From: Candidatus Sericytochromatia bacterium | Lineage (GTDB): Bacteria > Cyanobacteriota > Cyanobacteriia > Cyanobacteriales > Coleofasciculaceae | Assembly: GCA_036703885.1 (NCBI GenBank) | Contig: DATNQT010000016.1 | Location: 1 to 39,307 of the forward strand | DNA: 39,307 nt | Direction of reading: 5' to 3' | Part shown: piece after piece, positions 17,732-27,565 of the stretch | How the letters are laid out: the number at the start of each line of letters is the position of its first letter | How positions within the stretch are numbered: the stretch's first letter is position 1 | Notes under the pieces: generated by a model | Database searches by the model: none | What the model saw: only the letters and a program-made list of their open reading frames with translations | What the model was told of the DNA's origin: nothing | Program-made: the position numbers and the translations under genes

Positions 17732-17756
17732 ATCTAGGCTTCTCCTGTCTCGAAAA

Positions 17757-17793
17757 TAGGGAGTGGGAAGTGGGGAGTAGGGAGTGGGGAAAG
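17757..17793. repeat. heptamer tandem array (GGGAGTR)n in the lptA-lptB spacer
   Basis: The sequence reads tagggagtgggaagtggggagtagggagtggggaaag. On the minus strand this gives CCCCACT-type units, close to STRR1. Confidence 0.8.
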
Positions 17794-17887
17794 ATAAATT
17801 TTCATTCTTTCGTGGTGCGCCCTGCACACGGGATCTATCTAGAAAATAGTTCTGAATGCTAAGTGCTGAGTGTGCAAAGGGAGCAAC

Positions 17888-18427
17888 TTACTGTCTAGGC
17901 GCTGGATCGCTGACGGGTGTCTTGAAGGCAGGTTTTGGATTAACAGGGGGAAGGGCGGGGGGTGCGGAGGGTTCTGTGGGAGCTTGTGGGTCAGCAACAA
18001 GATAAATAGATTCTACTTGCTGCTGACCTTTCGGCAGGGCGAGGAAGCGACCTTCGTCAATCAAATAGGTGATGGTTTCGCCGCGCAGACTGTTGCCTTG
18101 CTGTAAAACGTAGACATTGCCGCTGAGAACGAGGCGACGCTCTCGGCTAAAGTATTGGGCTTGGGCGGAGGTTGCTTGAATTTGTCGGGCGGGATAGTCA
18201 ATTTGCACGTTTCCCCGCGCTGTAACGATGCCTGTCTCTCTATCGGCTTCCTGAACATCGGAACGAACTGTGAGAGCGCGTCCATCTCCAGGTGCGGCTG
18301 CCTGTTGTGCTTGGGCGTCTGGGAGGTGAGGTGGAATAGCGATCGCCCCCACCAAGGTAGCTGGAAGCATTAACACTAAACCCAGGCGTTTCCTCAAGTG
18401 AGTAGTGAGTTGAAAGGAGGGTTTCAT
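17888..18427 (-). CDS. OstA/LptA-like periplasmic LPS-transport protein
   Basis: Signal-like N-terminus (LGLVLMLPATLVGAIA). OstA-type beta-jellyroll repeats follow (TVRSDVQEADRETGIVTARGNVQI, LVLSGNVYVLQQGNSLRGETITY). It lies directly upstream of lptB. Confidence 0.6.
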   Translation of the reverse strand: MKPSFQLTTHLRKRLGLVLMLPATLVGAIAIPPHLPDAQAQQAAAPGDGRALTVRSDVQEADRETGIVTARGNVQIDYPARQIQATSAQAQYFSRERRLVLSGNVYVLQQGNSLRGETITYLIDEGRFLALPKGQQQVESIYLVADPQAPTEPSAPPALPPVNPKPAFKTPVSDPAPRQ

Positions 18428-18652
18428 AGCTTGTGTAGGTGAGTGAGCGGTGAAGGCTTTAAGGCAAGTGTGGATAGTTTACAGAAATCTAGCAAGAAAA
18501 ATCCAAGTTCTCTACTTTTTGAAATCAAACAGGCTTTCTGCGAGACAAAGCTTTAGGTATCTCGACTGCCAAACAGCTTAATAAGTTTCTATTAACAATA
18601 TTAAAGCCGTAAGGGAAGAAGTCTCTATCTAATGTTTCCTGATACCCAGCAT

Positions 18653-19150
18653 TTAGTCCCCACTCCCCTCGACTCGTAGGATTTTTGGTAAACGACTAAC
18701 CGCAGCTCGTTCGCTGACATTACCAGCACCGTTGGTTTCATCCTCCGCCAGCTGTTTCACAAAATCGGCAACCTGCTGTGGTCCTGCTTGTTGCAGTGCT
18801 TTCAATAACTGGATGCTCTCAGTTAGTAGCGCCTCTACATCAATATCTTCATAGATGGGTTGATAGTCGCTCAGGCGTCCGATTCCTTCACCCAGCAAAA
18901 TCACAGCCCCGCGCCAGTTGAGATTGCCCAGATGATAACAAGCAACAGCAATCTGTAAAACCCCTTGATAAAACCGCTTTTGCGGCTCCAAGGCTTCCAT
19001 CCACAACGCTTCTAGGGTGTCGTGACAGGCGTAAAACTCCTGCTGATTGAATTGCTCGACACCCTGCCAAAATTCCTGAGGAGGACAATCTGAACTGTTG
19101 CCGTCTCCCCTGCTAGGAGGGAATGCGGAGGAGGGTTCAACAGAGGTCAT
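18653..19150 (-). CDS. DUF309-domain protein
   Basis: Motifs GVEQFNQQEFYACHDTLEALW and FYQGVLQIAVACYHLGNLNWRGA. Its ATG overlaps the ftrC stop by 4 nt (ATGA). Confidence 0.7.
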   Translation of the reverse strand: MTSVEPSSAFPPSRGDGNSSDCPPQEFWQGVEQFNQQEFYACHDTLEALWMEALEPQKRFYQGVLQIAVACYHLGNLNWRGAVILLGEGIGRLSDYQPIYEDIDVEALLTESIQLLKALQQAGPQQVADFVKQLAEDETNGAGNVSERAAVSRLPKILRVEGSGD

Positions 19151-19512
19151 ACCATGCTACTTCGCACTGCTTGAATTTCTTCCATCGCAATATCTTGCTG
19201 TTCACCAGCAAATTCGTTATCTGGCGTTAGAAACAACATACAGTGGCACTCTTTCCGTTCGCGCATGGGAATGCAAGGACAATTCCAAAATGCTGCTTTC
19301 ACTTCTGCTTCTTTGTCTTCATAGTGACGGCAAGGACATAGCGGAGCACCAAGATCGTCTTTATGCTTGGCGAGTCCTTCAATTACCACAGCGGTTACAG
19401 AAGGGTCAACGCAGAAGTAAGTACCTGTACGTTTGGCATAGGTTTCGGAAAAATTTTTCATTGCCTCCAGGTTTTTGTCGCTGGAGAGATTAGTCGTTTG
19501 TGCGGTACTCAT
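19147..19512 (-). CDS. ftrC: ferredoxin-thioredoxin reductase catalytic subunit
   Basis: CPC..CPC..CHC cluster and disulfide motifs (LCPCRHYEDKEAE, FWNCPCIPMRERKECHCMLF). ATG 19512 (MSTAQTT) matches the usual N-terminus. The longest ORF starts at 19548. Confidence 0.9.
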   Translation of the reverse strand: MSTAQTTNLSSDKNLEAMKNFSETYAKRTGTYFCVDPSVTAVVIEGLAKHKDDLGAPLCPCRHYEDKEAEVKAAFWNCPCIPMRERKECHCMLFLTPDNEFAGEQQDIAMEEIQAVRSSMV

Positions 19513-19630
19513 CCAATAAGGCTCGGCAGGTATAGGGTTTCTCTGCATTGTACCTTAAGGCTTTTACTCGACAGTAGCCGCATCCAAGCGATCGCTCATG
19601 TTTTCCATAGAGAAGTTTCTCTAGTTGCCC

Positions 19631-20788
19631 TTACTTTAAGGGTTGCTGTAGCTGGCTTTGTAGAGGTTGTGCTGTATCGATGACAATACCTAAATGATTG
19701 CGGTTCATTACTTTTACTGAGTCATCTGCCGATGAGGTAGGTTGCCATAGCACCCAGCGACTGTTTGGAGGTAAAGAGTCAAGACTAATGGGATTTTGAG
19801 TTAGCCAAATCAAAGGCAGGTTGGGTGGAGCATCGGCATCAGCGTCTTCTCCAGCCGTAGTGGCGGCAAGGGCTTCTAAAACGACTTGGTTGCCTTGTAA
19901 TAAACCTGTTTTAGCCGTCCAGAGTTTCACGTTTAACTGACTGCGTATGGCATAAAAGTACATTGATACAGCGGCAATGACAGCTTGTTCAAAGTTATCA
20001 GAATGCCACGAATTTGAGCTATCCAGGCAGATGATAATTTCTTGAGAGCCTGTGAAGGCTTCTAATTCTCGCACCCGTAAATCCCCATAACGAGCGCTAG
20101 TACGCCAATGAATAAGACGGGTAGGATCGCCCACTCGGTAAGGTCGTAGCGTTCTGGTAATGTCTTCTGTGGCGGAATGAGAACGACGAGCGCTAAAAGT
20201 TTGCAGACTATCTTCTTTACCGATTTTATCGATTAGGGGGCAGGTGGTGAGGGGTAGTACTATGGGGTAGACAATTGCGATCGCGGGGGCAGTCCAACTG
20301 CGACGACACCAAAACAATCCTAAAGGTGTTGCAGTTCTTAGCTGTACCTCGTGCCATCGGTAGATACCTCGTTTTTTGGTGGAATGGTAATAAACCCATC
20401 GATAGGCGCTTTGAGGTTTGATGATTTCTACTGGCGTCTGTACTGGCGTTCCTAGTTCGGATTGGAGAACGTCCTGAATTTGTAATAGGGTTTTGGGCTT
20501 GAGGGTTTGATTTTCTATTTCTAATTCAATTGTTAGCTCGTCACCCATACTCACGGGTGAGATGGGGTAGCGGCGTACTGAGAGGTTTCGGAGCGATCGC
20601 GCAGGTAAAACAGCTGCCAGTACCAGCAGGGCAAAAGCCAAACCACTGATAACGTAGAGCCACCCTGCCATTGTATTGGTGGCAGCACCAAAAAAACAGA
20701 TTGCGATCGCTCCTAAGAGCCAACCTGCATAAGCAGGGGTAACCCAACGAGTTTCTAGCCAGTCAGCAATTCGGTTTCCTATTTTCAT
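19631..20788 (-). CDS. DUF58-domain protein with two N-terminal TM segments
   Basis: Motif LRPYRVGDPTRLIHWRTSARYGDLRVRELE. N-terminal hydrophobic helices. No MoxR-type ATPase partner in this window. Confidence 0.75.
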   Translation of the reverse strand: MKIGNRIADWLETRWVTPAYAGWLLGAIAICFFGAATNTMAGWLYVISGLAFALLVLAAVLPARSLRNLSVRRYPISPVSMGDELTIELEIENQTLKPKTLLQIQDVLQSELGTPVQTPVEIIKPQSAYRWVYYHSTKKRGIYRWHEVQLRTATPLGLFWCRRSWTAPAIAIVYPIVLPLTTCPLIDKIGKEDSLQTFSARRSHSATEDITRTLRPYRVGDPTRLIHWRTSARYGDLRVRELEAFTGSQEIIICLDSSNSWHSDNFEQAVIAAVSMYFYAIRSQLNVKLWTAKTGLLQGNQVVLEALAATTAGEDADADAPPNLPLIWLTQNPISLDSLPPNSRWVLWQPTSSADDSVKVMNRNHLGIVIDTAQPLQSQLQQPLK

Positions 20789-21002
20789 TCCTACCTTTCC
20801 TCTCCCTGCTTATATCATTCTCTGATAAGGAGAGTGAAGTGAGCGATCGTACCTTTGCTTGTCTGTAGCGCTGGCGATCGCAAAGTTTTAGGAATTTAAG
20901 ACTTTTTTAATTTATAAATTTTAAGTTTAGCAGTACGAAGTCCGGCTACTGAGTACCTGGGGATGTAAAGATAGAAGGTTGTCCTATCAAGAAACATAAG
21001 GC

Positions 21003-22388
21003 ATGGTTATACCAGCAAGTTGCTACCCAGGTGTGGTTGCAGGAATGACAGCGCTACAAATCTTCTATAACACCTCAACTGGGCTATGGGATACGAGTAA
21101 GTGGTGGCAGGCAGGTAATGCTTTAGAGACAACCATTGACTATTCCAGAATCACAAACACAAAGACCTACCACAGCAATATCCTTAATACATTTGAAAAG
21201 CACAAGAAAAGTAACTTTCTCGATCAGTGGTTCTATGATGACGACGGTTGGTGGGCACTCACCTGGATCAAAGCCTACGATTTGACTGGCGAAACGCAGT
21301 ACCTTGATATGGCAAAGACTATCTTTAACAATATGAAGGGAGGTTGGGACTCGACTTGTGGCGGTGGCGTTTGGTGGAAGAAGAAGCGGACGTATAAAAA
21401 CGCCATCACCAACGAGTTATTCTTGAGTGTCGCTGCTCGGTTGCACCTGCGAACGCCAGGTGATAATGGACCCGGAAGTTACCTAGACTGGGCACAACGG
21501 ACATGGAACTGGTTCAAGAACAGCGGACTTATCAACAAGAGCAACCTAGTTAATGACGGACTCAACGACTCCTGTAAGAACAACGGACAGACAACCTGGA
21601 CTTACAATCAGGGTGTTATCCTGGGGGGTTTGGTCGATTTGTACAAAAGCACCAATGACCCTTCCTTGCTCGCCCAGGCACAGGCAATTGCTGACGCTGC
21701 TATCAAAAAACTAGCACCCAACGGGATTTTGCGAGAACCATGCGAACCATCAGACTGTGGAGAGGACGGTCCACAGTTTAAAGGCATTTTCATGCGCAAC
21801 CTCTACTATCTCTATCAAACTACCAATAAACAAGCCTACAAAAATTTCATCACTCAAAACGCCAACTCTATTTGGTTAAACAGTCGCAATAGCGCAAATC
21901 ACTTCGGGCTGAGTTGGGCAGGGCCATTCGACAGCGCTGATGCAGCACGACAAAGCTCTGCAATGGACGCCATCAATGCCGCTATTGCTCTCAATACCAA
22001 GGGAATAACCTATCAAGCTGAGAATAGTACGCTCCTTAAACTCTCAACTCAAGCCAGCAACAGCGGATACCACGGCAATGGTTATGTAGCGCGTTGGAAC
22101 CGTGATGGGCAGAAGGTTGCCTTCAATGTTACTGTTGCCTGTTCTGGCAAGTACGATCTAGTTTTTCGCTATGCAGCAGCAGGCGGAAACGCATCTCGCT
22201 ATATCCAGGTGGGCAAGAGCATCGTTAGCAATCAAGTATTTCCAGGAACTGGTAGCTGGAGTCGTTGGAATACTATAACAGTACCTGGGGTATGGCTCAA
22301 TGCTGGCAGTAATAGTGTATCGGTGATGTTCGATAGCTCTAAAGGCAGCCACAACTGGCTTAACCTGGATGAGATGAGCGTCCAGTAA
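21003..22388 (+). CDS. glycoside hydrolase family 76 (alpha-1,6-mannanase-like) with C-terminal CBM6/CBM35-like module
   Basis: GH76 pattern: LWDTSKWWQAGNALETTIDY, WFYDDDGWWALTWIKAYD (tandem Asp), GGGVWW, NAITNELF, TWTYNQGVILGGL and PQFKGIFMRNL. The C-terminal about 130 aa fit a CBM pattern (YQAEN...GYHGNGYV...KYDLVFRYAA...GSWSRWN..LNAGSNSV). An in-frame stop lies 2 codons upstream of the ATG. Confidence 0.75.
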   Translation: MVIPASCYPGVVAGMTALQIFYNTSTGLWDTSKWWQAGNALETTIDYSRITNTKTYHSNILNTFEKHKKSNFLDQWFYDDDGWWALTWIKAYDLTGETQYLDMAKTIFNNMKGGWDSTCGGGVWWKKKRTYKNAITNELFLSVAARLHLRTPGDNGPGSYLDWAQRTWNWFKNSGLINKSNLVNDGLNDSCKNNGQTTWTYNQGVILGGLVDLYKSTNDPSLLAQAQAIADAAIKKLAPNGILREPCEPSDCGEDGPQFKGIFMRNLYYLYQTTNKQAYKNFITQNANSIWLNSRNSANHFGLSWAGPFDSADAARQSSAMDAINAAIALNTKGITYQAENSTLLKLSTQASNSGYHGNGYVARWNRDGQKVAFNVTVACSGKYDLVFRYAAAGGNASRYIQVGKSIVSNQVFPGTGSWSRWNTITVPGVWLNAGSNSVSVMFDSSKGSHNWLNLDEMSVQ

Positions 22389-22457
22389 TAGGTTAGGTTT
22401 TGGGTGAATCCGCCGAACCCTTAAACCTACCCTCAAGTGTTAGCATCTTGGGACTTA

Positions 22458-22621
22458 GAGGCTGTTTCTAAAGAAGTGTAAATCCCTGGAGATCCCCCTA
22501 AATCCCCCTTAAAAAGGGGGACTTTAAAGATTTTCGGTTTCCCCCTTTTTAAGGGGGGCTAGGGGGGATCTATCCAAAGTTAGGCAACATAGCCAGTTAA
22601 CATTACTTTAGAAACAGTCTC
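22458..22621. mobile_element. MITE-like element, 164 bp, 16-bp terminal inverted repeats
   Basis: Left end gaggctgtttctaaag (22458..22473). Right end ctttagaaacagtctc (22606..22621), which is the reverse complement with 1 mismatch. Nested internal palindromes are GATCCCCC/GGGGGATC, CCCCCTTAAAAAGGGGG and CCCCCTTTTTAAGGGGG. Confidence 0.75.
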
Positions 22622-22723
22622 TTACGCAAATTGATTTTTCAAGCGCCATTAGCACGGCTGTGCGCCCCTAGTATAGGTGGTGTTCGTGCGTAAGTCCTGA
22701 TTTAATAAAAACTAGCAACGCAC

Positions 22724-22750
22724 AAAAAAAATAGCCCGCACAGGCGGGCT
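22724..22750 (-). terminator. rho-independent terminator of typA
   Basis: The minus strand reads AGCCCGC-ctgt-GCGGGCT followed by A then T8. A second hairpin GTAGCCC..GGGCTAC lies at 22759..22787. Confidence 0.8.
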
Positions 22751-22807
22751 TTGTTCGTGTAGCCCCAGGTTTTAAGCTGTGGGCTACTATTCTAAGGACG
22801 TAATGTC

Positions 22808-24598
22808 TTATCGTTTTGCCAGTTTCTTCGCTACTTTCCGCAAGCGAACTGACTTAGGCGTTACTTCTACCAATTCATCTGAACTGATGTATTCCAAAGC
22901 ACGTTCCAAGCCCATATCTACGGGTGCTTGTAAATGTACTAGTTCCTCACCAGTTGCTGAACGGTGGTTGGTCAATTGCTTCGCCTTACACACATTCAAC
23001 TCTAGGTCTTGAGGGCGGTTGTTTTCCCCAATAACCATGCCTTTATAAACCTTCGTACCAGGAGTAATAAAGAATACACCCCGATCTTCCGCGTTTTGCA
23101 TGGCATAGTAGGTCGTCACGCCTTCTTCAATGGCAATTAATACCCCGTTGCGGCGGGTTTCTATGCTACCCGAAAGGGGACGATAATCGAGGAAGCTGTG
23201 GTTCATGATGCCTTCACCGCGAGTCATCCGCATGAATTCACCCCGGAAACCGATTAAACCACGCGCCGGAATCACAAACTCTAACTGGGTGCGACCGTTA
23301 CCACCGACCTGCATATCTTGCATTTCACCCTTGCGCTTACCGAGAGCTTCGATACAGCTACCCACAGCGACTTCGGGGACATCCATCACCAGACACTCAA
23401 ACGGTTCGCAGGGTTGACCGCCGATTTCTCGGTAGATAACTTGAGGCTGGGAAACTTGAAACTCATAGCCTTGACGACGCATGGTTTCAATTAAAATACC
23501 AAGGTGCAGTTCACCACGACCGGAAACCAGGAATTTATCAGGAGAGTCGGTTTCTTCGACACGCAGAGCAACGTTGGTTTCTAATTCTCGCATTAAGCGA
23601 TCGCGTATTTGCCGTGATGTCACAAAGTCGCCTTCTTGACCGGCAAACGGTGAGTCATTTACCGAGAAGGTCATTTGCAACGTTGGTTCATCTACCTTAA
23701 TTAAAGGCAGCGCCATCGGTTCATTGGGGCAGGTAATTGTCTCACCGATGTTGGCATCAGAAAAGCCAGAAACGGCGACAATGTTGCCTGCTGATGCGGT
23801 TTCCCAGTCAACACGTTTCAACCCGTCAAAACCCATCAATTTAGTGATTTTCGCTTTGACAATAGCACCGGATTCTGTTACCAATGCTGCTTGTTGACCC
23901 ATTTTAATCATGCCGTTGTGAATTTTGCCAATCACAATCCGACCGACATATTCAGAATAGTCGAGGGTGGTAACTTGCAGTTGCAGCGGCTTGTTTGGGT
24001 CACCAACAGGAGGTGGAACATGGCGCAGAATCGCTTCAAAAATAGGCTGCATATCAACGCCTTCTGCTTCCATAGTTTCCTTGGCATAGCCATCTAAACC
24101 AGAGGCAAACAGATAAGGAAAATCGCATTGGTCATCGTCTGCACCCAATTCCATGAATAGGTCTAAGACTTTATCCACAGCAGTGTGGGGGTCAGCGCGG
24201 GGGCGGTCGATTTTATTGACCACGACAATCGGTCGTAGACCCTTTTCCAGGGCTTTTTTCAGCACGAAACGGGTCTGAGGCATCGGTCCTTCGTTGGCGT
24301 CCACAATCAGGATGCAGCCATCGACCATGCCTAATACCCGCTCAACTTCACCGCCAAAATCAGCGTGTCCAGGGGTATCGACAATATTGATTAATGTGTC
24401 TTTGTAGTGAACGGCAGTATTCTTGGAGAGAATCGTAATGCCCCGCTCCCGCTCCAAATCGTTGGAGTCCATGACGCAGTCTGGGACAGCTTCGCCTTCG
24501 CGGAAGATGCCGGATTGTTTGAGCAGGGCGTCAACAAGGGTGGTTTTGCCGTGATCGACGTGGGCAATAATAGCAAGGTTGCGAATCGGAAGAGTCAT
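22808..24598 (-). CDS. typA: translational GTPase TypA/BipA
   Basis: Motifs [33 protein letters not shown] and VVNKIDR. EF-G-like domains over the full length. Confidence 0.95.
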   Translation of the reverse strand: MTLPIRNLAIIAHVDHGKTTLVDALLKQSGIFREGEAVPDCVMDSNDLERERGITILSKNTAVHYKDTLINIVDTPGHADFGGEVERVLGMVDGCILIVDANEGPMPQTRFVLKKALEKGLRPIVVVNKIDRPRADPHTAVDKVLDLFMELGADDDQCDFPYLFASGLDGYAKETMEAEGVDMQPIFEAILRHVPPPVGDPNKPLQLQVTTLDYSEYVGRIVIGKIHNGMIKMGQQAALVTESGAIVKAKITKLMGFDGLKRVDWETASAGNIVAVSGFSDANIGETITCPNEPMALPLIKVDEPTLQMTFSVNDSPFAGQEGDFVTSRQIRDRLMRELETNVALRVEETDSPDKFLVSGRGELHLGILIETMRRQGYEFQVSQPQVIYREIGGQPCEPFECLVMDVPEVAVGSCIEALGKRKGEMQDMQVGGNGRTQLEFVIPARGLIGFRGEFMRMTRGEGIMNHSFLDYRPLSGSIETRRNGVLIAIEEGVTTYYAMQNAEDRGVFFITPGTKVYKGMVIGENNRPQDLELNVCKAKQLTNHRSATGEELVHLQAPVDMGLERALEYISSDELVEVTPKSVRLRKVAKKLAKR

Positions 24599-24847
24599 AG
24601 AAGCGTCTGGGAATGGGTAGCAGCGGTGTCAAGATTCTGCTAAAGATTTATTAATAATTCTAGCTTATTGTGTAGCGCACCGCCTTTCACTACGGACGGG
24701 TTTCACCCTTTATAGAAGCGAGATTGCCGTCCTTTTAACTTAAATGCGATCGCACTACTCCATTAAGGCGTTGGGTGTGTCGGAGCCGTAGGTGAGGATG
24801 CTAGCTTGGCAGGAAATGCTACGGAGTTATAACCACGAGCGTTGTCT

Positions 24848-24919
24848 CCCTAAAACCCTAAATCTTTCCCAGCATTGCTCTGGCTTTTGCCGTAAAACCT
24901 ATAACCCCTAACCTAAAAC
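24848..24919. repeat. CCCTAAA-type heptamer remnants
   Basis: ccctaaaaccctaaat at 24848..24863 and aaaacctataacccctaacctaaaac at 24894..24919. The complementary unit recurs at 29518..29543. Confidence 0.6.
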
Positions 24920-24959
24920 TTTAACAGGGGTAGTGCGATCGCCCTCAATTCTATAGGAC

Positions 24960-25442
24960 TTACAGCACCGCTATCTGTTCCGCTGCCTGGGCTAATTCAG
25001 ACGCCACACGCGCCGCGTAGGGGCGAATTAACCACCATATTAAAGGTGATAACCAACCACGTAGGGTTACAGAGTAGGATACATATGTGCCGCAAACCGT
25101 TGACTCAACTTGGTACGTTACCCGCTTCTCAACACCAGGGATTGCCAAAAAGCGCACACTTAGTAATTCTCCTGGTCGGACACGCTCAACAAAAATTTGC
25201 ACGGGAATTGGTATCAAACGAGTCACTACCTGATATATCAAACCTGGTTTAGCAATTAAGCCCCTAGGAGCATTGGTACTCGATAACAGAGGATTCCAGG
25301 AAATATCTGCTAAATTAATTAGTTTTTGCCAGAGAACGTCTACCGGAGCAGTGCTCAAAGCGCGATACGTCCTGTAGAGCGAAAACTTGCACCAAATACC
25401 CTCTCGACCAGCGGTTAACTTGAAGGAAAAATTAAGAATCAC
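24960..25442 (-). CDS. SRPBCC (START/polyketide-cyclase-like) family protein
   Basis: 160-aa GTG-initiated ORF with SRPBCC-like layout (APVDVLWQKLINLADISW, then beta-rich TYQVESTVCGTYVSYSVTL, then a C-terminal helix). Assignment by pattern only. Confidence 0.5.
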   Translation of the reverse strand: MILNFSFKLTAGREGIWCKFSLYRTYRALSTAPVDVLWQKLINLADISWNPLLSSTNAPRGLIAKPGLIYQVVTRLIPIPVQIFVERVRPGELLSVRFLAIPGVEKRVTYQVESTVCGTYVSYSVTLRGWLSPLIWWLIRPYAARVASELAQAAEQIAVL

Positions 25443-25824
25443 AACACGCCTCCCAAGAGCAACGCCCAGGCAAACTTTCTATTTTATACAAACGACATTA
25501 CGGGTAAAATCCCTCTAGAGGAAATAATGGCAGCTCCTTAAAGAACAATTCTCGGATTTGGTGCTTTTAAACAACCGATCCAAGCTAGTCTAAAAAGGTG
25601 CAATGATAACTTTGCCCGTGAATTTTTGTCTTGTTGGCAGGGAATCGAGAATGTTCTCAAAAGTCTAGTCAGAGTGCAATAGGAGCGAACATGATCGCTC
25701 TTGGTAGCTCTAACTACGTCTTGTAAGAGCATCGTCCTTACCCTAAAACAGATTCACGGCTTTGAACCAAGAAAACCCCCAGCCGCAGAAATGGGGTGGC
25801 GGTTAACTACATTGAATTGAGATT

Positions 25825-26871
25825 ATGACAGCTTTTCAGACGGACGCAACGACCATCACAAATTCTTTGCCAGTACCTGGGTCTAGAGAGCGAGTCAAGC
25901 AGCTGATGCAGCAGTTGCAAGACAAAATCTGTGATGCTCTAGAACAGCTAGACGGCGCTAGCACTTTTAAGGAAGATTCTTGGGAACGGGAAGAAGGTGG
26001 CGGCGGTCGTTCTCGTGTTATTCGGGACGGTGCGGTATTTGAGCAGGGTGGAGTCAACTTTTCTGAAGTTTGGGGTGACCAACTACCGCCCTCAATCTTG
26101 ACACAGCGTCCAGAAGCCGCCGGACATAATTTTTTTGCTACTGGTACATCGATGGTATTGCATCCCCGCAATCCCTATGTCCCGACGGTTCACCTGAATT
26201 ATCGCTACTTTGAGGCAGGACCAGTTTGGTGGTTTGGAGGTGGGGCGGATTTGACCCCGTACTATCCATTTGCCGAAGATGCTGCCCATTTTCATCGCAC
26301 GCTCAAAAGTGCCTGTGATGCTCATCACTCCGAGTATTATCCAGTGTTCAAGCGCTGGTGCGATGAATATTTTTATTTGAAACATCGTCAAGAAACGCGG
26401 GGAGTCGGTGGGCTGTTTTTTGACTATCAAGATGGTAAAGGAGCGCTGTATCGCGGGCCTCATCAAGACGGAGCCGCCGCTGCTTATAGTAACGAGCTTG
26501 GGGCTTTAGAGCCACGCAATTGGGAAGAGATGTTTGCCTTTGTGCAGGAGTGTGGTGAAGCATTTTTACCCGCTTACGTGCCAATTGTAGATCGTCGTAG
26601 CTCGATGAAGTATGGCGATCGGGAGCGTAACTTCCAACTCTATCGCCGAGGGCGTTATGTTGAATTTAATTTGGTTTATGATCGCGGTACGATTTTTGGT
26701 CTGCAAACGAACGGTCGTACTGAGTCGATTCTCATGTCTCTGCCACCTTTAGTGCGTTGGGAGTACGGTTATCAACCCGAACCCAATACACCGGAAGCCG
26801 ATTTATATAAAACATTTCTTAAGCCTCAAGACTGGGCTAACTGGACACCTTCAACCTCAGGAGGTATCTGA
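25825..26871 (+). CDS. hemF: oxygen-dependent coproporphyrinogen III oxidase
   Basis: Motifs [66 protein letters not shown] and [14 protein letters not shown]. Confidence 0.95.
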   Translation: MTAFQTDATTITNSLPVPGSRERVKQLMQQLQDKICDALEQLDGASTFKEDSWEREEGGGGRSRVIRDGAVFEQGGVNFSEVWGDQLPPSILTQRPEAAGHNFFATGTSMVLHPRNPYVPTVHLNYRYFEAGPVWWFGGGADLTPYYPFAEDAAHFHRTLKSACDAHHSEYYPVFKRWCDEYFYLKHRQETRGVGGLFFDYQDGKGALYRGPHQDGAAAAYSNELGALEPRNWEEMFAFVQECGEAFLPAYVPIVDRRSSMKYGDRERNFQLYRRGRYVEFNLVYDRGTIFGLQTNGRTESILMSLPPLVRWEYGYQPEPNTPEADLYKTFLKPQDWANWTPSTSGGI

Positions 26872-26952
26872 GTTAAACTACGTTAGATGAGTAGCTGCAT
26901 GGGTGCGATCAGGGTGAATCGTTGTTAGAACTTCAGTTTTTCAATGCTTAAT

Positions 26953-26983
26953 CGACCAACTCAGTACTCAGGGCTGAGTTGGT
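26953..26983 (+). terminator. perfect 11-bp hairpin downstream of hemF (no U-tract)
   Basis: GACCAACTCAG, a 9-nt loop, then CTGAGTTGGTC. It begins 82 nt after the hemF stop. Confidence 0.4.
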
Positions 26984-27149
26984 CACATCAAGATAAACAC
27001 TGTTGAACTTGATTTATGCCTTGCCCTGACCAGAGATGACTGGAGTTGTAGGTGAGGATGAGGAGGCGGTCTTCCACCGCCCGCTCGTGTTTTTTGAGCT
27101 TTTATTTACCCAGATTGTGACCCAAAGGCTACCACCGAAGGAGGTATTG

Positions 27150-27518
27150 ATGATTCATATCGATCAAAAAACGCACACAACGCCAGATGGCACAAACATT
27201 ATTGTCTTAGCACCGATTGGACGGTTGGACATCACTACAGCTTGGCAATTTCGCCTGAAGTTGCAAGAATGTATTTCTAAACTCAGTCGCCATGTCGTTG
27301 TCAATCTGAGTCAAGTCAATTTTATTGACAGTTCTGGTTTGACATCCTTGGTTGCAGGAATGCGAGATGCTGACAAAGTTAAAGGCAGCTTCCGCATTTG
27401 TAATGTCCATCCGGAAGCCAAACTGGTGTTTGAAGTTACGATGATGGACTCAGTGTTTGAAATCTTTGAAACTGAGAAAGAAGCTTTAGAAGGGGTTCCC
27501 CGGAGTATGCCGACCTGA
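27150..27518 (+). CDS. STAS-domain anti-sigma-factor antagonist (SpoIIAA/RsbV-like)
   Basis: Motif VVVNLSQVNFIDSSGLTSLVAGMR, with the conserved phosphorylatable Ser in DSSG. ATG 27150 follows GAAGGAGG (27137..27144). The longest ORF (27036) adds an implausible leader. Confidence 0.8.
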   Translation: MIHIDQKTHTTPDGTNIIVLAPIGRLDITTAWQFRLKLQECISKLSRHVVVNLSQVNFIDSSGLTSLVAGMRDADKVKGSFRICNVHPEAKLVFEVTMMDSVFEIFETEKEALEGVPRSMPT

Positions 27519-27520
27519 AG

Positions 27521-27543
27521 TCGTTGGTCATTGGTCATTGGGG
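27521..27543. repeat. STRR2-type heptamer array
   Basis: tcgttggtcattggtcattgggg, between the convergent STAS gene and cpcT. Confidence 0.75.
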
Positions 27544-27565
27544 AAAAGCTATTAGCGAATGACTG

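Noticed and set aside
17732-17827. N-terminal 32-codon extension of lptB in the longest ORF (MQGAPRKNENLSFPTPYSPLPTPYF..)
   Set aside because: The extension is a translation of the GGGAGTR heptamer array at 17757..17793. LptB proteins normally begin right at the ..I.LENI.KSY strand. GTG 17731 has an AGGAG upstream.
19098-19683. Plus-strand ORFs 19098..19493 and 19363..19683
   Set aside because: They are antisense to ftrC and the ftrC/DUF58 junction. ftrC is unambiguous from its CPC/CHC motifs.
22621-22693. 8-bp inverted repeat CTTACGCA / TGCGTAAG flanking about 57 bp next to the MITE, a possible small RNA
   Set aside because: The stem is short and there is no terminator or promoter features of its own. 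It may be part of the MITE flank or typA 3' region, and the evidence is insufficient.
24746-24942. 13-bp perfect inverted repeat GCGATCGCACTAC / GTAGTGCGATCGC spaced 171 bp apart, a possible element boundary
   Set aside because: Eight of the 13 bp are the self-complementary HIP1 octamer, which is everywhere in this genome. Only 5 extra bp match, so this is easily chance.
27036-27149. N-terminal 38-codon extension of the STAS gene
   Set aside because: It has no STAS-family counterpart and contains a hairpin plus T-run (about 27062..27100). ATG 27150 sits directly behind GAAGGAGG.
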